A program made the translations under genes and the position numbers. A stretch of DNA of 63,861 nt, counting the filler, from Klebsormidium nitens (taxonomy: Eukaryota > Plantae > Klebsormidiophyceae): the NCBI GenBank assembly GCA_000708835.1. It is 13 parts of 13 records of this genome, joined end to end, with 100 filler letters (N's around TTAATTAATTAA, not from the genome) between each part and the next. Parts side by side here need not be neighbours in the genome. Positions count along the whole stretch, not along the records: positions 1 to 3,124 come from DF238484.1; positions 3,225 to 8,692 come from DF238448.1; positions 8,793 to 17,603 come from DF238224.1; 10 more parts are not named here. The stretch is one strand, 5' to 3'. Below, piece by piece: positions 1 to 9,860 of the stretch (its first letter is position 1; each line of letters starts with the position of its first letter). The notes beneath the pieces were generated by a model. That model was not told the DNA's origin. It made no database searches and was given only the letters and a program-made list of their open reading frames with translations.

Positions 1-42
1 AGAGAGCAGAGACCTGAATCCGGGAACAACAAGCCAAGTTGA

Positions 43-965
43 CTCCTATTCCGTGCTGAGACTGTCGACGAGGGACCTGCCGACTACAGGACACGTCATG
101 AAGCAAAAGGCCCATGCGCTTCAAGGCAACTTCGCCCTAGGGTAAGTGCTGACATCTCAACCATAACACATGCCAATCAACCGCACGAAGCACAAGATCC
201 CCGAACCGCCCAGGATCTTCATGATGTCACTCAGGAAATTGCGATTCCCTATGGCAAATCTTCCGCGCAAGCTCCTCTACAAGTCAATTCTGCCTCAGAC
301 CAATCCCAACCAGAATTAGACCTGGTAACTAAGTCAGTTGCCGGCGTCACGGGCACAGACGCAACCGACTCTCACTTCCAAGGGACAGTTAAAGATGGCG
401 ACCTCCTAGGTGACGACCCGGAAATGGCCCCCATCCCTGATATTTGGTCTGATCACAACACAATACAATATCTGCAAGATAATTGTCTCTACCCAAGCCA
501 CGCCAGCCTCAAGGAACGGGACCGAATACGGCGAAGGGCACAGAGCTACAGGTTTGAAAACCATGCTCTCATGAAGCTGACCAATGATGGTATCTTAAAA
601 CGAGTACCGGCGCCCGAAGATAGGGCAGCCTTAGTCGCCGACATACACCGGCAACTAGGTTACTTCGGTGTAAGAAGAACTTCCTCCCTCTTAGAACCCA
701 CACATTGGTGGGTCGGAATGTACGAACAAATCGCGCAGCTAGTAGCTAGCTGTCAAGTGTGCGATCGAGTAAAGACCGGTTTCAATATCAAAGATTCAGT
801 ACTCAAACCTCTGCCGATCATGGGTTTAGGGTACCGGTGGAGTTGCGACCGTTTGCGTGACCCACCGGGACCACTTCCCCCATCAGCAAGTGACTGGATA
901 TCTCTACATTATGGTCATAATAGAACACTTTTCGAAGTGGCTGGAATTAGTTCCACTTCCCGATA
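43..965 (+). pseudogene. Gypsy pol, linker and integrase N-terminal half (frameshift near 895, then interrupted by a MITE)
   Basis: The frame of ORF 424-966 is open from 43. After RWSCD...GPLPPSAS the conserved GYLYIMVIIEHFSKWLELVPLPD continues in another frame (ORF 857-1051) up to the insertion. Confidence 0.85.
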
Positions 966-1713
966 GGGCGGTAGCACGGCTAGGCGTCCAACTTTCGACA
1001 AGAGCGCGTTTATCAAAACTTCTCGGATTTCTATTTTTTATAGTTCGTTAGGACCGTCTTGCTTAGTACTATATGTTGGGCCGCGGCCGAGTTCCAAAAT
1101 GTGTCGCCTGGCAGCCGCGCGACGCGGCCGCAATTTTTCAAAACCACACGTGCCAATGTCGCGTGGTTCAGCGCACGGTGATTTTGAAAATTTCTGCCCG
1201 GTTTTGGGGGCGCACCAAGTAAAACCGACCCTAGGCTACGGCTGGAAACACTCACATTCACAAAATCATAAAGTGCCCGGTTGGTCGGACTTCCGCCCGG
1301 TAGACCATTTAGTGCCGAAACGGCGAGTGGTGACCAAAGGGTGACGTCGGACCAGATTTTTTCGATCAATGTGTCATTGGACGCGGATTTTGACAGGCTT
1401 TCCAACGAATCCTGAACCGGCCGATTCTGACAAGATCTCAAGAAGTTATTAGGTGCAATCAGTGGGTAAATCTGACAACTGCCGTTTGGACGCTCGGTTC
1501 ACCGGGCGCGACAATCCGGCCGCCGGCTGCTGACGTCATCGGCCGCGCGGCGCGACCCCACAGGTCGATAGTTCGATTCATGAAGTTGACATACAAACTT
1601 TACATCGCTACTTTTGGACAAAATGCCACCAAGCTACGGCCTTTTGAACTTCTGCTTCACTGTTTTTTCCAGTATGGAAGCTAAAAGCTGGACGCCTAGC
1701 CGTGCTACTGCCC
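966..1713. mobile_element. 748-bp non-autonomous TIR element (MITE) inserted in the gypsy integrase
   Basis: Left TIR GGGCGGTAGCACGGCTAGGCGTCCAACTTT (966-995) matches the reverse complement of the right end (1684-1713) at 28/30. GATA is duplicated at 962-965 and 1714-1717. Removing the element and one GATA restores LPD-NTSKETAKALL. Confidence 0.93.
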
Positions 1714-2649
1714 GATAACACTTCAAAAGAAACTGCAAAGGCCCTTCTTCAAGTCTGCACCCACTTTGGCGCACCTGCCGAAGTACTCACTGATCAGGGA
1801 CAGGAATTCCAAGGAGAATTTGACACCCTATGCAAGGAACTCCTGATTGATCATCGCGAAACCTCACGCGATCACCCTCAAGCTGACGGCCTCGCTGAAC
1901 GCGCAGTTCAAACAACTAAGCGAGCCGTGCGTAAGTATGTATTAACACATGCAGTTGATACCTGGGATAAGTGGATTCCTTGGATTGCCATGGGATACCG
2001 CATGTCAAAGAAAGAATCACTAGGAGACTATTCACCTTATTTCCTAATGTTTGGCAGACATCCCGTGGTAGGAGCAACCCTCCGAGAAATGGTCAACATA
2101 CCGCTTGACCTAGATAGCCCTGACACGTGGCACGAAGTCATAACTGCACGTGCAGAGGAGTTCAAGAAAGCTATACCCATAGCCTTCAACAACTTGCAAG
2201 CAGCGCAACACCGAGATACCTTATGGTATGCCAAAACCCGAACTGGCAACTGGTGCCCTAAAGTCAAAAGGTTCGAGGTAGGAGACCTTGTCTACCTGCG
2301 TCGCAGGAAAGTAGACACGCTCGACGTAAACGTCGGCCGCATTATTCTGAGAATAAAAGAGGTCCTGCCCAATGGCGTACTCAGGCTGCAAGGCAGAGAC
2401 GGCAAAACGGTCAAAGATCACGTTGAGAACTGTGCTCCGTGTCACAACCCAGCCATAGACCTCACAATGGACACTACACTTTCCGGATACGATGAGGACT
2501 GGGCCTGTCAGATTTGCAAAAAGACAAACCGACCTGCCAAAATGCTTATATGCGACTACTGTAGCGAAGGCTACCACATGGACTGTCTGGACCCACCAAT
2601 CTTGAGAATTCCGAAAGGAGATTGGTTTTGCCCACGATGCGCTTTATAA
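1714..2649 (+). CDS. Gypsy integrase core and C-terminal PHD finger (3' half of interrupted pol)
   Basis: ORF 1702-2649: HFGAPAEVLTDQGQEF, HPQADGLAERAVQT; ends CQIC-x10-CDYCSEGYHMDC-x13-FCPRC, the PHD C4-H-C3 spacing with the typical LDPP..IPKGDW segment. Confidence 0.9.
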   Translation, partial: DNTSKETAKALLQVCTHFGAPAEVLTDQGQEFQGEFDTLCKELLIDHRETSRDHPQADGLAERAVQTTKRAVRKYVLTHAVDTWDKWIPWIAMGYRMSKKESLGDYSPYFLMFGRHPVVGATLREMVNIPLDLDSPDTWHEVITARAEEFKKAIPIAFNNLQAAQHRDTLWYAKTRTGNWCPKVKRFEVGDLVYLRRRKVDTLDVNVGRIILRIKEVLPNGVLRLQGRDGKTVKDHVENCAPCHNPAIDLTMDTTLSGYDEDWACQICKKTNRPAKMLICDYCSEGYHMDCLDPPILRIPKGDWFCPRCAL

Positions 2650-2705
2650 TTTCAAAGCAAGAAAGGGGGCAACGTTTTAACTATGCTTTCACTTATGCAG
2701 GAAGC

Positions 2706-3124
2706 ATGGCGTCCAGCTCAACACAACCATCAGAATTAAAACAAGTTCAGGGTTCAGGTTGGGGCCCACCCCCAACTCCTGGTCTGGAAGATCTTCCACC
2801 TTCCTACACCCCGAACATATATTACGATCATCTTAAAAAGCTAGCCATTCAGGAGTGGGACGAATATTGGTGGCCCACTAAAAAGGTCCAACTCGCCTGG
2901 CGAATGGGACAATGGCGTAATCGAATCAAACAGCTAGTGCATAGCTACCGCACTTGGTATGCACTCATTGACCAGATGCACAGGGAATTGCTTGCACTGG
3001 AAAAGGACAACGATCTTGATCGCACACCGATCAGCGTGCGCCAGTATTTACTTGCCAAATGGCCGCGCACTGAGTTAAACGAAGTATTGGAGGAGTGCGC
3101 CGCGCATTTTCCCCAGGGAACCGT
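2706..3124 (+). CDS. Additional ORF downstream of pol, unknown function, truncated by contig end
   Basis: ATG at 2706, 57 nt after the pol stop; open for about 139 codons to the contig end; Trp-rich and predicted helical; no recognised motif. Confidence 0.45.
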
Positions 3125-3224
3125 NNNNNNNNNNNNNNNNNNNNNNNNNNNNNNNNNNNNNNNNNNNNTTAATTAATTAANNNNNNNNNNNNNNNNNNNN
3201 NNNNNNNNNNNNNNNNNNNNNNNN
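3125..3224. other. Artificial contig linker (N44-TTAATTAATTAA-N44); one of 12
   Basis: The same 100-bp linker occurs at 3125-3224, 8693-8792, 17604-17703, 21816-21915, 26379-26478, 29184-29283, 34010-34109, 36629-36728, 42987-43086, 55722-55821, 59611-59710 and 62516-62615. TTAATTAATTAA places stops in all six frames. Ordinary within-scaffold N gaps are at 7012-7315, 35434-35590 and 40542-40561. Confidence 0.97.
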
Positions 3225-3449
3225 TTAAGCGAATGCGTGCATTCGTCTTCGTCATTCTGCCGAAGTTTAGCACAAGCAGTTCGCATCTCTTCAGTAGCGC
3301 CTTTTCCCTTCGTGCATGATCCCCTTGCATGATCCCTAGCATTTGTCCTTCCTCACGGTTCTTTCGTCACCGTTGTGCTTTGCCAGCACATTTTCTTTCC
3401 TTTCATTCGCCGTTCCGTGATAGCTTCAACTTGATCCTCTCGTTCCTGC

Positions 3450-4316
3450 ATGAACGCAGAGGAGTTGGCCGCAGCAGAAGCTTTTGCGTCCAGCGTTCTG
3501 ATCGAACCAACCTCTCCAAAGGCCAACATGAGCAACCAGGATGGCACTGGTGGTTCCGCTGAAGCTACTCCAACAAATGGTCTCGAGGAAATGAAAGCTT
3601 TCCTCGCGAAAGCCCTGGCTGAGTCACAAGAAACTATGCTGGCAAGGATGAAGGAGGAGCTGTCTGCTTCCGTCTCAGCTTCTGTGCATGACGCTGTGTC
3701 ATCTAGCTCTGGCCTCACAGGAATCAAGAGACGTGCTGATGCAATCAAGAATGAAGGCATTAAGAAGCAGTTCGTCCCGATGGAGGAGTCCCTTCTCAGA
3801 ATGCAGGCTGTTCAGCAACCACTCCAAGCCTTAGCCAATGGCGAGATTGACTCCATTTCTCAGGATGACGCGGCGAAGATGACCGAGTACTTGGACGAAG
3901 GTATTGACATTGCTTCGAAACGCTTGCAGCACCTGGAAATTGCAGAGACTCAGGGTTGGCCTGTTGCAAAGAAGATGGAAGAAGGCCTCATGGTCCTGCA
4001 TCTTGATGAAGAGTCTCAGAAACGTCTCAAGAAGGCCAAGAAAGAGGTCAAGGAAGAAGAGAAGGAGAAAGAGAGCAAGAAGGCGAAGAAGACTGTGAAG
4101 CAGGCCCCTCGTCAGTTCTTCAGGAATCAGAGCTTCTTTCCTCGAGGAGGTTTTCACGGAGGTTTCCGTCGAGGAGGGGGGTTTCAGTGGGGTGCTGCTC
4201 CTAGGGCTGGAGGCCCGTGCCACCAGTGTGGAGGCCATGGTCACATCGCTGCTTACTGTCCTAACCGGGGTGTTGCAGCAGTGAATGCAGGCAGAGCAGG
4301 CCCTGCTCTCCAGTAG
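3450..4316 (+). CDS. DIRS ORF1, Gag-like protein with CCHC zinc knuckle
   Basis: 288 aa; helical and Lys/Glu-rich, then an RGG-rich tail and CHQCGGHGHIAAYC (C-x2-C-x4-H-x4-C). Confidence 0.85.
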   Translation: MNAEELAAAEAFASSVLIEPTSPKANMSNQDGTGGSAEATPTNGLEEMKAFLAKALAESQETMLARMKEELSASVSASVHDAVSSSSGLTGIKRRADAIKNEGIKKQFVPMEESLLRMQAVQQPLQALANGEIDSISQDDAAKMTEYLDEGIDIASKRLQHLEIAETQGWPVAKKMEEGLMVLHLDEESQKRLKKAKKEVKEEEKEKESKKAKKTVKQAPRQFFRNQSFFPRGGFHGGFRRGGGFQWGAAPRAGGPCHQCGGHGHIAAYCPNRGVAAVNAGRAGPALQ

Positions 4317-5230
4317 TCTTGCTGTTGGGATAGAGTTGCCTAGCTGCTAGGAGTTGCTAACTCTAGCTGTTGATTAGGCTTGGCTAGGACTGTGTTACTG
4401 ACATGCACGAACATTGTACCGTTTCATTATTGTGATCAGCATATGATTTTGACTCACAACGCTGTTCGTGTTCAGGACCTGTTGTCCACCGTCTTCCTGA
4501 TGCCATGCTATGGCTCTTCGGTCTTGCCAACCAAGTTCAACAAAAAGGGAGAGCCTCTTCCTTTTCATCCTCTGAATCTCTAAACCCTAGATTGCTTGCT
4601 AAGCAATCTTCAGCTTAATCTTGCAAGAGTTTCTTGCATGCAATTTTGAGTTCAGCTCGTTGCTAAAGAGCTCGAGGACCATTTACTTCAAAGTAATTCA
4701 ACTGAACGTTGATCTTGTTTGCAGCACGCAAAAATTATTTCAGTGGAAATGAGCAAAAACAGCTGGCTGCCAGGTGCATCTTGGCAGCCGCTTGTCCAAT
4801 TCTTCCCCGAACTGATCCACTTCCGCTCGAAGTGCTTCGAACTCTTCTAAGTTTGCAATCTAAGTGGAGATGATAGAAGCTCTGGTTGCCAACCAGGTTT
4901 GGCATTCATGCCCATAATGGGCCTCTGATCCACTTCTGTTGAAATGTGCTCTCATTGCTTGCAGCCTGCCAGGCTGTAGCATTTGGTGTATTCTTGCAGC
5001 CTGCTAGGCTGATTCGCAAAGAGCTTCTTTGCTGACGACTTAAGATTCCTACCTTCTCCCTGCACGGGCGATAGGTCGAACCAGAGCTTCTGGTTTCAAG
5101 GGACGTGATGATCTTGCTGAGATGTCTGGTGAAATCATTTATTTTCGCCAGTAGAGTTGGTGTATCCTAAGCGATCGCTGATCCCCCTACGTTTTTTCTT
5201 CTGCGAAGTGACTAACGCCTGGTTTCTTAT

Positions 5231-7443
5231 TTGTTTACAGCTGATCCTACTGCTGTTCATGAGTCTCTGGACCTGCTGTCCGAGCTCACTGATTCTGCCG
5301 AGTTCGAAGGCCCTAGGCCATCTGCTTCCTCCAAGCCTGCTGCTGCTGCGCCTGCTGACAAGTCCAAGTCTGAACCTTGGCTACGTAATCGTCTTCGCGA
5401 TCAGGCCAACTTCTGGAAGACTTTCTGCACGTCTGTCTTCGTCATCTCGCTCATCACGACTGGGTACCAGCTCCCCTGGGCCAATGGTTCTCCTCCTGGC
5501 CCTTATGCTCAGTCGAATCACCCTTCTGCCTCCCAATTTCCTCAATTCGTCTCGGATGCTGTAGCGTCTCTGATTGCGACTGGTGCTGCTATGGAGGTCT
5601 CTCAAAAACCTTTCATAGTCAGTCCTCTAGGGGTAGTCCCAAAGGGTCTAGACAAACTACGTCTCATTTTAGACTTGCGTTACGTCAATAGCTTTCTGAA
5701 AGTCGACAAGTTCAAGTACGAATCCATCAAGGAGGTCTCGAATCTTTGCAAGCTTGGAGATTTTCTCTTTACAGTCGACCTTAAGTCTGGATACCACCAC
5801 GTAGATATCCACCCAGAGTTTTGGCAGTTCCTAGGGTTCGAGTGGCAAGGCAAGTACTACGTGTTTTGCCAGCTTCCATTTGGTTTAGCCACCGCGTGCT
5901 ACGTCTTTACAAAGCTGATCAAGCAATTAGTTCAGCGTTGGCGCAAGCTTGGGATCCGGCTCATTCCTTACATTGACGACTTCTTCTTCGCAGCCAGCTC
6001 AGCTCAGGAGTTTACCTCTGTCCAAGCTCAGGTTCTAGCTGATTTTGCAAAAGCAGGTTTCGTGTTGTCGAAAGAGAAGTGTCAGTTGCAGAGGTCTCAC
6101 GTAGTCAAGTTTTTGGGCTTCGTAGTAGACACGCTTCACGGCAAATTCCATCTGTCTGCAACTGCCAAGGCTAAGCTCGCTTCAGCAATTTCTAGTTGCC
6201 TCGCCTCTTCTCGCATCCCAGCTAAAGTTCTAGCTAGAGTGACTGGTTTAGTCGTTTCTATGAGCTTCGTCACAGGACCAGTTGCCGGTCTTTTCACTAG
6301 GTTCTTGCACAGAGCGCTCGATTCTCGGTCTTCTTGGCGTAGCTTCATTACGTTAGACGACGATGCCCGGTTTGAGCTTCAGTTCTGGCAGCACTCTCTT
6401 TCGGACTTCTCGTCTCGACCGATCTGGAGGCCCTCTTCTTTGGTCCACATCCTGCAGTACGATGCTGGGGGTGACGGCTGGGGCGGTCATCTCACCCTTA
6501 ACGCCGTTCATCACCAGGCTCACGGATTCTGGGCCCCTAGCGAAGTCCACGGCCAGAAGTCATCCACGTGGCGTGAACTCGAGGGCCTCTTTCGCTTGCT
6601 TCAGTCGGTTGGCCATCTTTTGAAGGGGCATCGTGTGACTGCTCGGGGAGATGCCCTGAACGTTTTCTGGCTGCTGACAAAGGGTGGCTCGCGTGCTCCT
6701 CATTTGCATCAAATCTGCCTCAGGATCTTTCGCCTCTGTCGCACTCTTCAGATAGAGCTCAGCCCTGAGTGGGTACCCCGCGAGCAGAATCAGTTGGCAG
6801 ACAAGCTTTCGAAGCTCGTGGACGTCGACGATTTTGGTCTGCAGCCTGCAGTCTTTGAGAGCATTAGAGCAGAATTCGGCCCACTGCACGTGGACCGATT
6901 CGCGAGCGAGCACAATGCACTCTTACCCGAGTATTTCTCTGAGCTTTGGTCGCCGGCCTCAGCAGGTGCAAATGCGTTCTCGGTCCTGTGGTCTGGCCCA
7001 AAGAGCTACTGNNNNNNNNNNNNNNNNNNNNNNNNNNNNNNNNNNNNNNNNNNNNNNNNNNNNNNNNNNNNNNNNNNNNNNNNNNNNNNNNNNNNNNNNN
7101 NNNNNNNNNNNNNNNNNNNNNNNNNNNNNNNNNNNNNNNNNNNNNNNNNNNNNNNNNNNNNNNNNNNNNNNNNNNNNNNNNNNNNNNNNNNNNNNNNNNN
7201 NNNNNNNNNNNNNNNNNNNNNNNNNNNNNNNNNNNNNNNNNNNNNNNNNNNNNNNNNNNNNNNNNNNNNNNNNNNNNNNNNNNNNNNNNNNNNNNNNNNN
7301 NNNNNNNNNNNNNNNTTTCCGGCGTTTCCCTGGTGGAGCTTCCACTCTGCGCCCCGGCCGCGGTTCCGCGAGCGCGTTCTTCGGTCACGGTTTTCCCGAT
7401 TGCGCTGTTTGGGTCTTGGACGTGTCCTTTTCGGGATCGTCAG
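5231..7443 (+). CDS. DIRS reverse transcriptase, RNase H and methyltransferase-like (MT) domain; contains a 304-N gap
   Basis: RLILDLRYVN, DLKSGYHHV, LPFGL, YIDD (RT); YDAGGDGWGG, WRELEG, RGDALNV (RNase H); VDRFASEHN...GANAF (DIRS MT-like domain). After the gap, the frame PGRGSASAFFGHGFPDCAVWVLDVSF (frame of ORF 6834-7823) resembles the usual DIRS ORF2 tail. Confidence 0.9.
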
Positions 7444-7474
7444 GTGAGCTTAAGCCAGGCGTTAACCCCTTCTC

Positions 7475-8557
7475 TTGCTGCTTGCAGAGATCTTTTTGCA
7501 CGGGGACTGGAACCCCGAGTGCGCTGGTCTTCCGACCTCCGATTCTCAGATCACGGGCCTCCTTTCCGAACTCCGTTCGCTTGCCAGTTCCGCTCGCGCG
7601 AGCGGATCATTCCGCTCATACGCGGGTCCCTGGAAACATTTTAAGAACTGGTGTCTCTCGAAAGGCGTCCCTTGTCTCCCTGCTGCTCCTCTCACGGTCG
7701 CCCTTTATCTCACACTCCTACTCCGTTCTGCGAAGTCCCCCAGTCCAATCCTCACGTGTTCAGCGGCGATCTATTTACACCACTCTCTCGCCGGACTTCC
7801 GTCTCCCACTCAGCACTCTTTAGTGGCGATGGTTCGAGAGGTCGCCAAGCGTACACGTCTGTCAGGGCAGAACGTCAAGTCCCCTCTTCTGGCTTCTCAC
7901 GTTCGGCGTCTGTTCGACCTTTGGCGCTGGTCCCCAGGAGCGAATCTCCACACAGTCATGAAGCTGACTGCTGTTACTCTTTGTTTCACGGGGTTCTTGC
8001 GCTGCTCGGACCTGCTCACAGTTCAATGGGAGGAGATTCGTTTTCTCCCGTCCCACATGGAGTTGTTCATCGAAAAGTCTAAAACGGACCAGTATCGCGT
8101 CGGTCACTGGCTTCTGATTGCTCGGGTGTCTGGTCAGTACTGCCCGGTGAGCCTCACCGAGCACTTGATCCAGAGAGGCGAGTACTCCCGGTCGGGCTCC
8201 GGCGGGCTTATTCGTAATTGTACAATTACCCCTCTCCAGCAGTACATACGCAGGGAGCAGCCCTGCTACTCGACGGTGCTGAGCTGGTTCAAAGACGGAG
8301 TGCGGAGCATTGGCCTGGACCCGGCGAAGTACGGAACCCATTCCGGGCGTCGGGGCGGGGCTTCCCGGGCTGCGAACGTTGACGTGCCTGATCGCCTCTT
8401 CAAGCAGCACGGCCGGTGGCGGAGCGAACGAGCAAAGGACAGCTACGTCGTCGCCAAACTACAGGCGCGTCTTTCAGTTACGGCTAACCTTGGGTTACAG
8501 CCTGACGTGTCTTTAGCTGACGTGTGCGAGTTCGAGCAGGCGGCAGGACTCGCTTAG
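7475..8557 (+). CDS. DIRS tyrosine recombinase
   Basis: GFLRCSDL (catalytic R), KSKTDQ (K), HSGRRGGA (H-x2-R), HGRWRS and KDSY (H/W and catalytic Y); N-terminal SYAGPWKHFKNWC is typical of the YR binding domain. Confidence 0.95.
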   Translation: MLLAEIFLHGDWNPECAGLPTSDSQITGLLSELRSLASSARASGSFRSYAGPWKHFKNWCLSKGVPCLPAAPLTVALYLTLLLRSAKSPSPILTCSAAIYLHHSLAGLPSPTQHSLVAMVREVAKRTRLSGQNVKSPLLASHVRRLFDLWRWSPGANLHTVMKLTAVTLCFTGFLRCSDLLTVQWEEIRFLPSHMELFIEKSKTDQYRVGHWLLIARVSGQYCPVSLTEHLIQRGEYSRSGSGGLIRNCTITPLQQYIRREQPCYSTVLSWFKDGVRSIGLDPAKYGTHSGRRGGASRAANVDVPDRLFKQHGRWRSERAKDSYVVAKLQARLSVTANLGLQPDVSLADVCEFEQAAGLA

Positions 8558-9538
8558 TATTCTGCCTACCTCTGCCTCTACCTGTTCTGCAGTGCTTCCC
8601 CTTCGCGCTTCCCAAAGAAATTGTTCTTTGCGCCTTTCAATTGCGTTGCAATTGCATGCGAAGCTTGTTTGGCAATAGCAAACAAGAGAATTNNNNNNNN
8701 NNNNNNNNNNNNNNNNNNNNNNNNNNNNNNNNNNNNTTAATTAATTAANNNNNNNNNNNNNNNNNNNNNNNNNNNNNNNNNNNNNNNNNNNNGATCTTAT
8801 ATCTAGAAGCTTCGCATAAGAGTCTGAGTCTGCAGCGCGACGTGTCAGCCTAGAAGCTTCGGTGCTCGGCCGGCCATAAGCTTAGTCTCGAAAGCTTATC
8901 GGACGGTTCCCTCGCACGCGGTGCACGTGGGTCTTATCGGACGGTCACGCGGTGGAACAGTAACCCAGACACGTGTCGTGTAGTGATTCGATATATCAAA
9001 TAAGTCGATAGCGTATAATAACGGACGATGCGCGGCCGCGAGTTTGGCGCGCAGCCAGAAGTCGGTGCGCAGTCGTGCCGTTACATTATAACAGTTTTCG
9101 TCCAAAGTGTCGTGGGGTGCATGTAACGCTCCAAACGCACAGCGCGTTTAAATCCTGCTGAAACTCCCTAGGCGTACAGTATGCTGACCCATAAGCATCA
9201 CCAGCTCCCAAGGGTAGCAAGGAGCGGTCTAGGCGTGCCCCGTTGAATCACGGCATAGAGACCTCCATCAAAGAGCCCATCTTCGAGCTTCCCTGAAGCG
9301 CGATTGCACACTGTGCAGTGTACCAGCGTCGCTTGGATTTGGGCTGGAGGTCTTTGGCATTGCTTGGACACAGCAACGCTCCTTGCATCATTACCCAAAA
9401 GCGGACAAGTATTCAGCGGTACCAGGCATCGTAAGGTGCTTGGCGGCCACTGGATAGCCAGTTTACTCTGGTATTATTGCCATTTTATGCTTTTCTTGTT
9501 GTCCCCATTACATCACGGAGGCAATATTTTGGGCGCAT

Positions 9539-9853
9539 ATGGTAATAACTGTGCGTGACTGTATGGATGCATTGCTCACTATGTGTGTTATTGCGCTGAT
9601 CGTGCTCTCACTCATCGTTCTCCTCAACCGCCGCGAAGGCTTCATAGATGTAGATGGTACCGAGCGTGATGTGATACCGCTCAGGAAGGGGATGCGCTTT
9701 TTCCCTAAGAGGAGGTCCGATGCGGACACCGAAGGCCCACAGGCCTGTCGGACCATCTTGGGTGGTGGGTGGAGTTATGCAGGCTGGGAGCCAGCAGCTG
9801 ACAAACGAGATGGAGGCTTTTACAACTGCTTCCGAAAACATCGAAGGCGTTGA
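9539..9853 (+). CDS. Small membrane protein (N-terminal TM helix followed by REGF), NCLDV-like
   Basis: MDALLTMCVIALIVLSLIVLL-NRREGF; a TM helix followed by an E-G-F motif is a pattern I associate with small giant-virus membrane proteins. Start may be the ATG at 9563. Confidence 0.55.
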   Translation: MVITVRDCMDALLTMCVIALIVLSLIVLLNRREGFIDVDGTERDVIPLRKGMRFFPKRRSDADTEGPQACRTILGGGWSYAGWEPAADKRDGGFYNCFRKHRRR

Positions 9854-9860
9854 AGAGTAA

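Larger units (their letters stand above)
1..3124 (+). mobile_element. Ty3/gypsy LTR retrotransposon, 3' part of pol (integrase with C-terminal PHD finger) plus a downstream ORF; no LTR captured
   Basis: Integrase zinc-binding region (H..LGYFG...WWVGM...CQVCDR), core motifs (IEHFSKW, TDQGQEF, HPQADGLAER, SPYFLMFGR) and a terminal C4-H-C3 finger. Confidence 0.9.
3225..8692 (+). mobile_element. DIRS-like tyrosine-recombinase retrotransposon (gag, RT-RNaseH-MT, YR)
   Basis: Three co-oriented ORFs with the domain set and order diagnostic of DIRS-group elements; termini not resolved within the contig. Confidence 0.93.

Noticed and set aside
3225-8692. DIRS inverted terminal repeats or split direct repeats
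   Set aside because: No matching repeats found between the 225-bp left flank and the 135-bp right flank; termini probably lie outside the contig.
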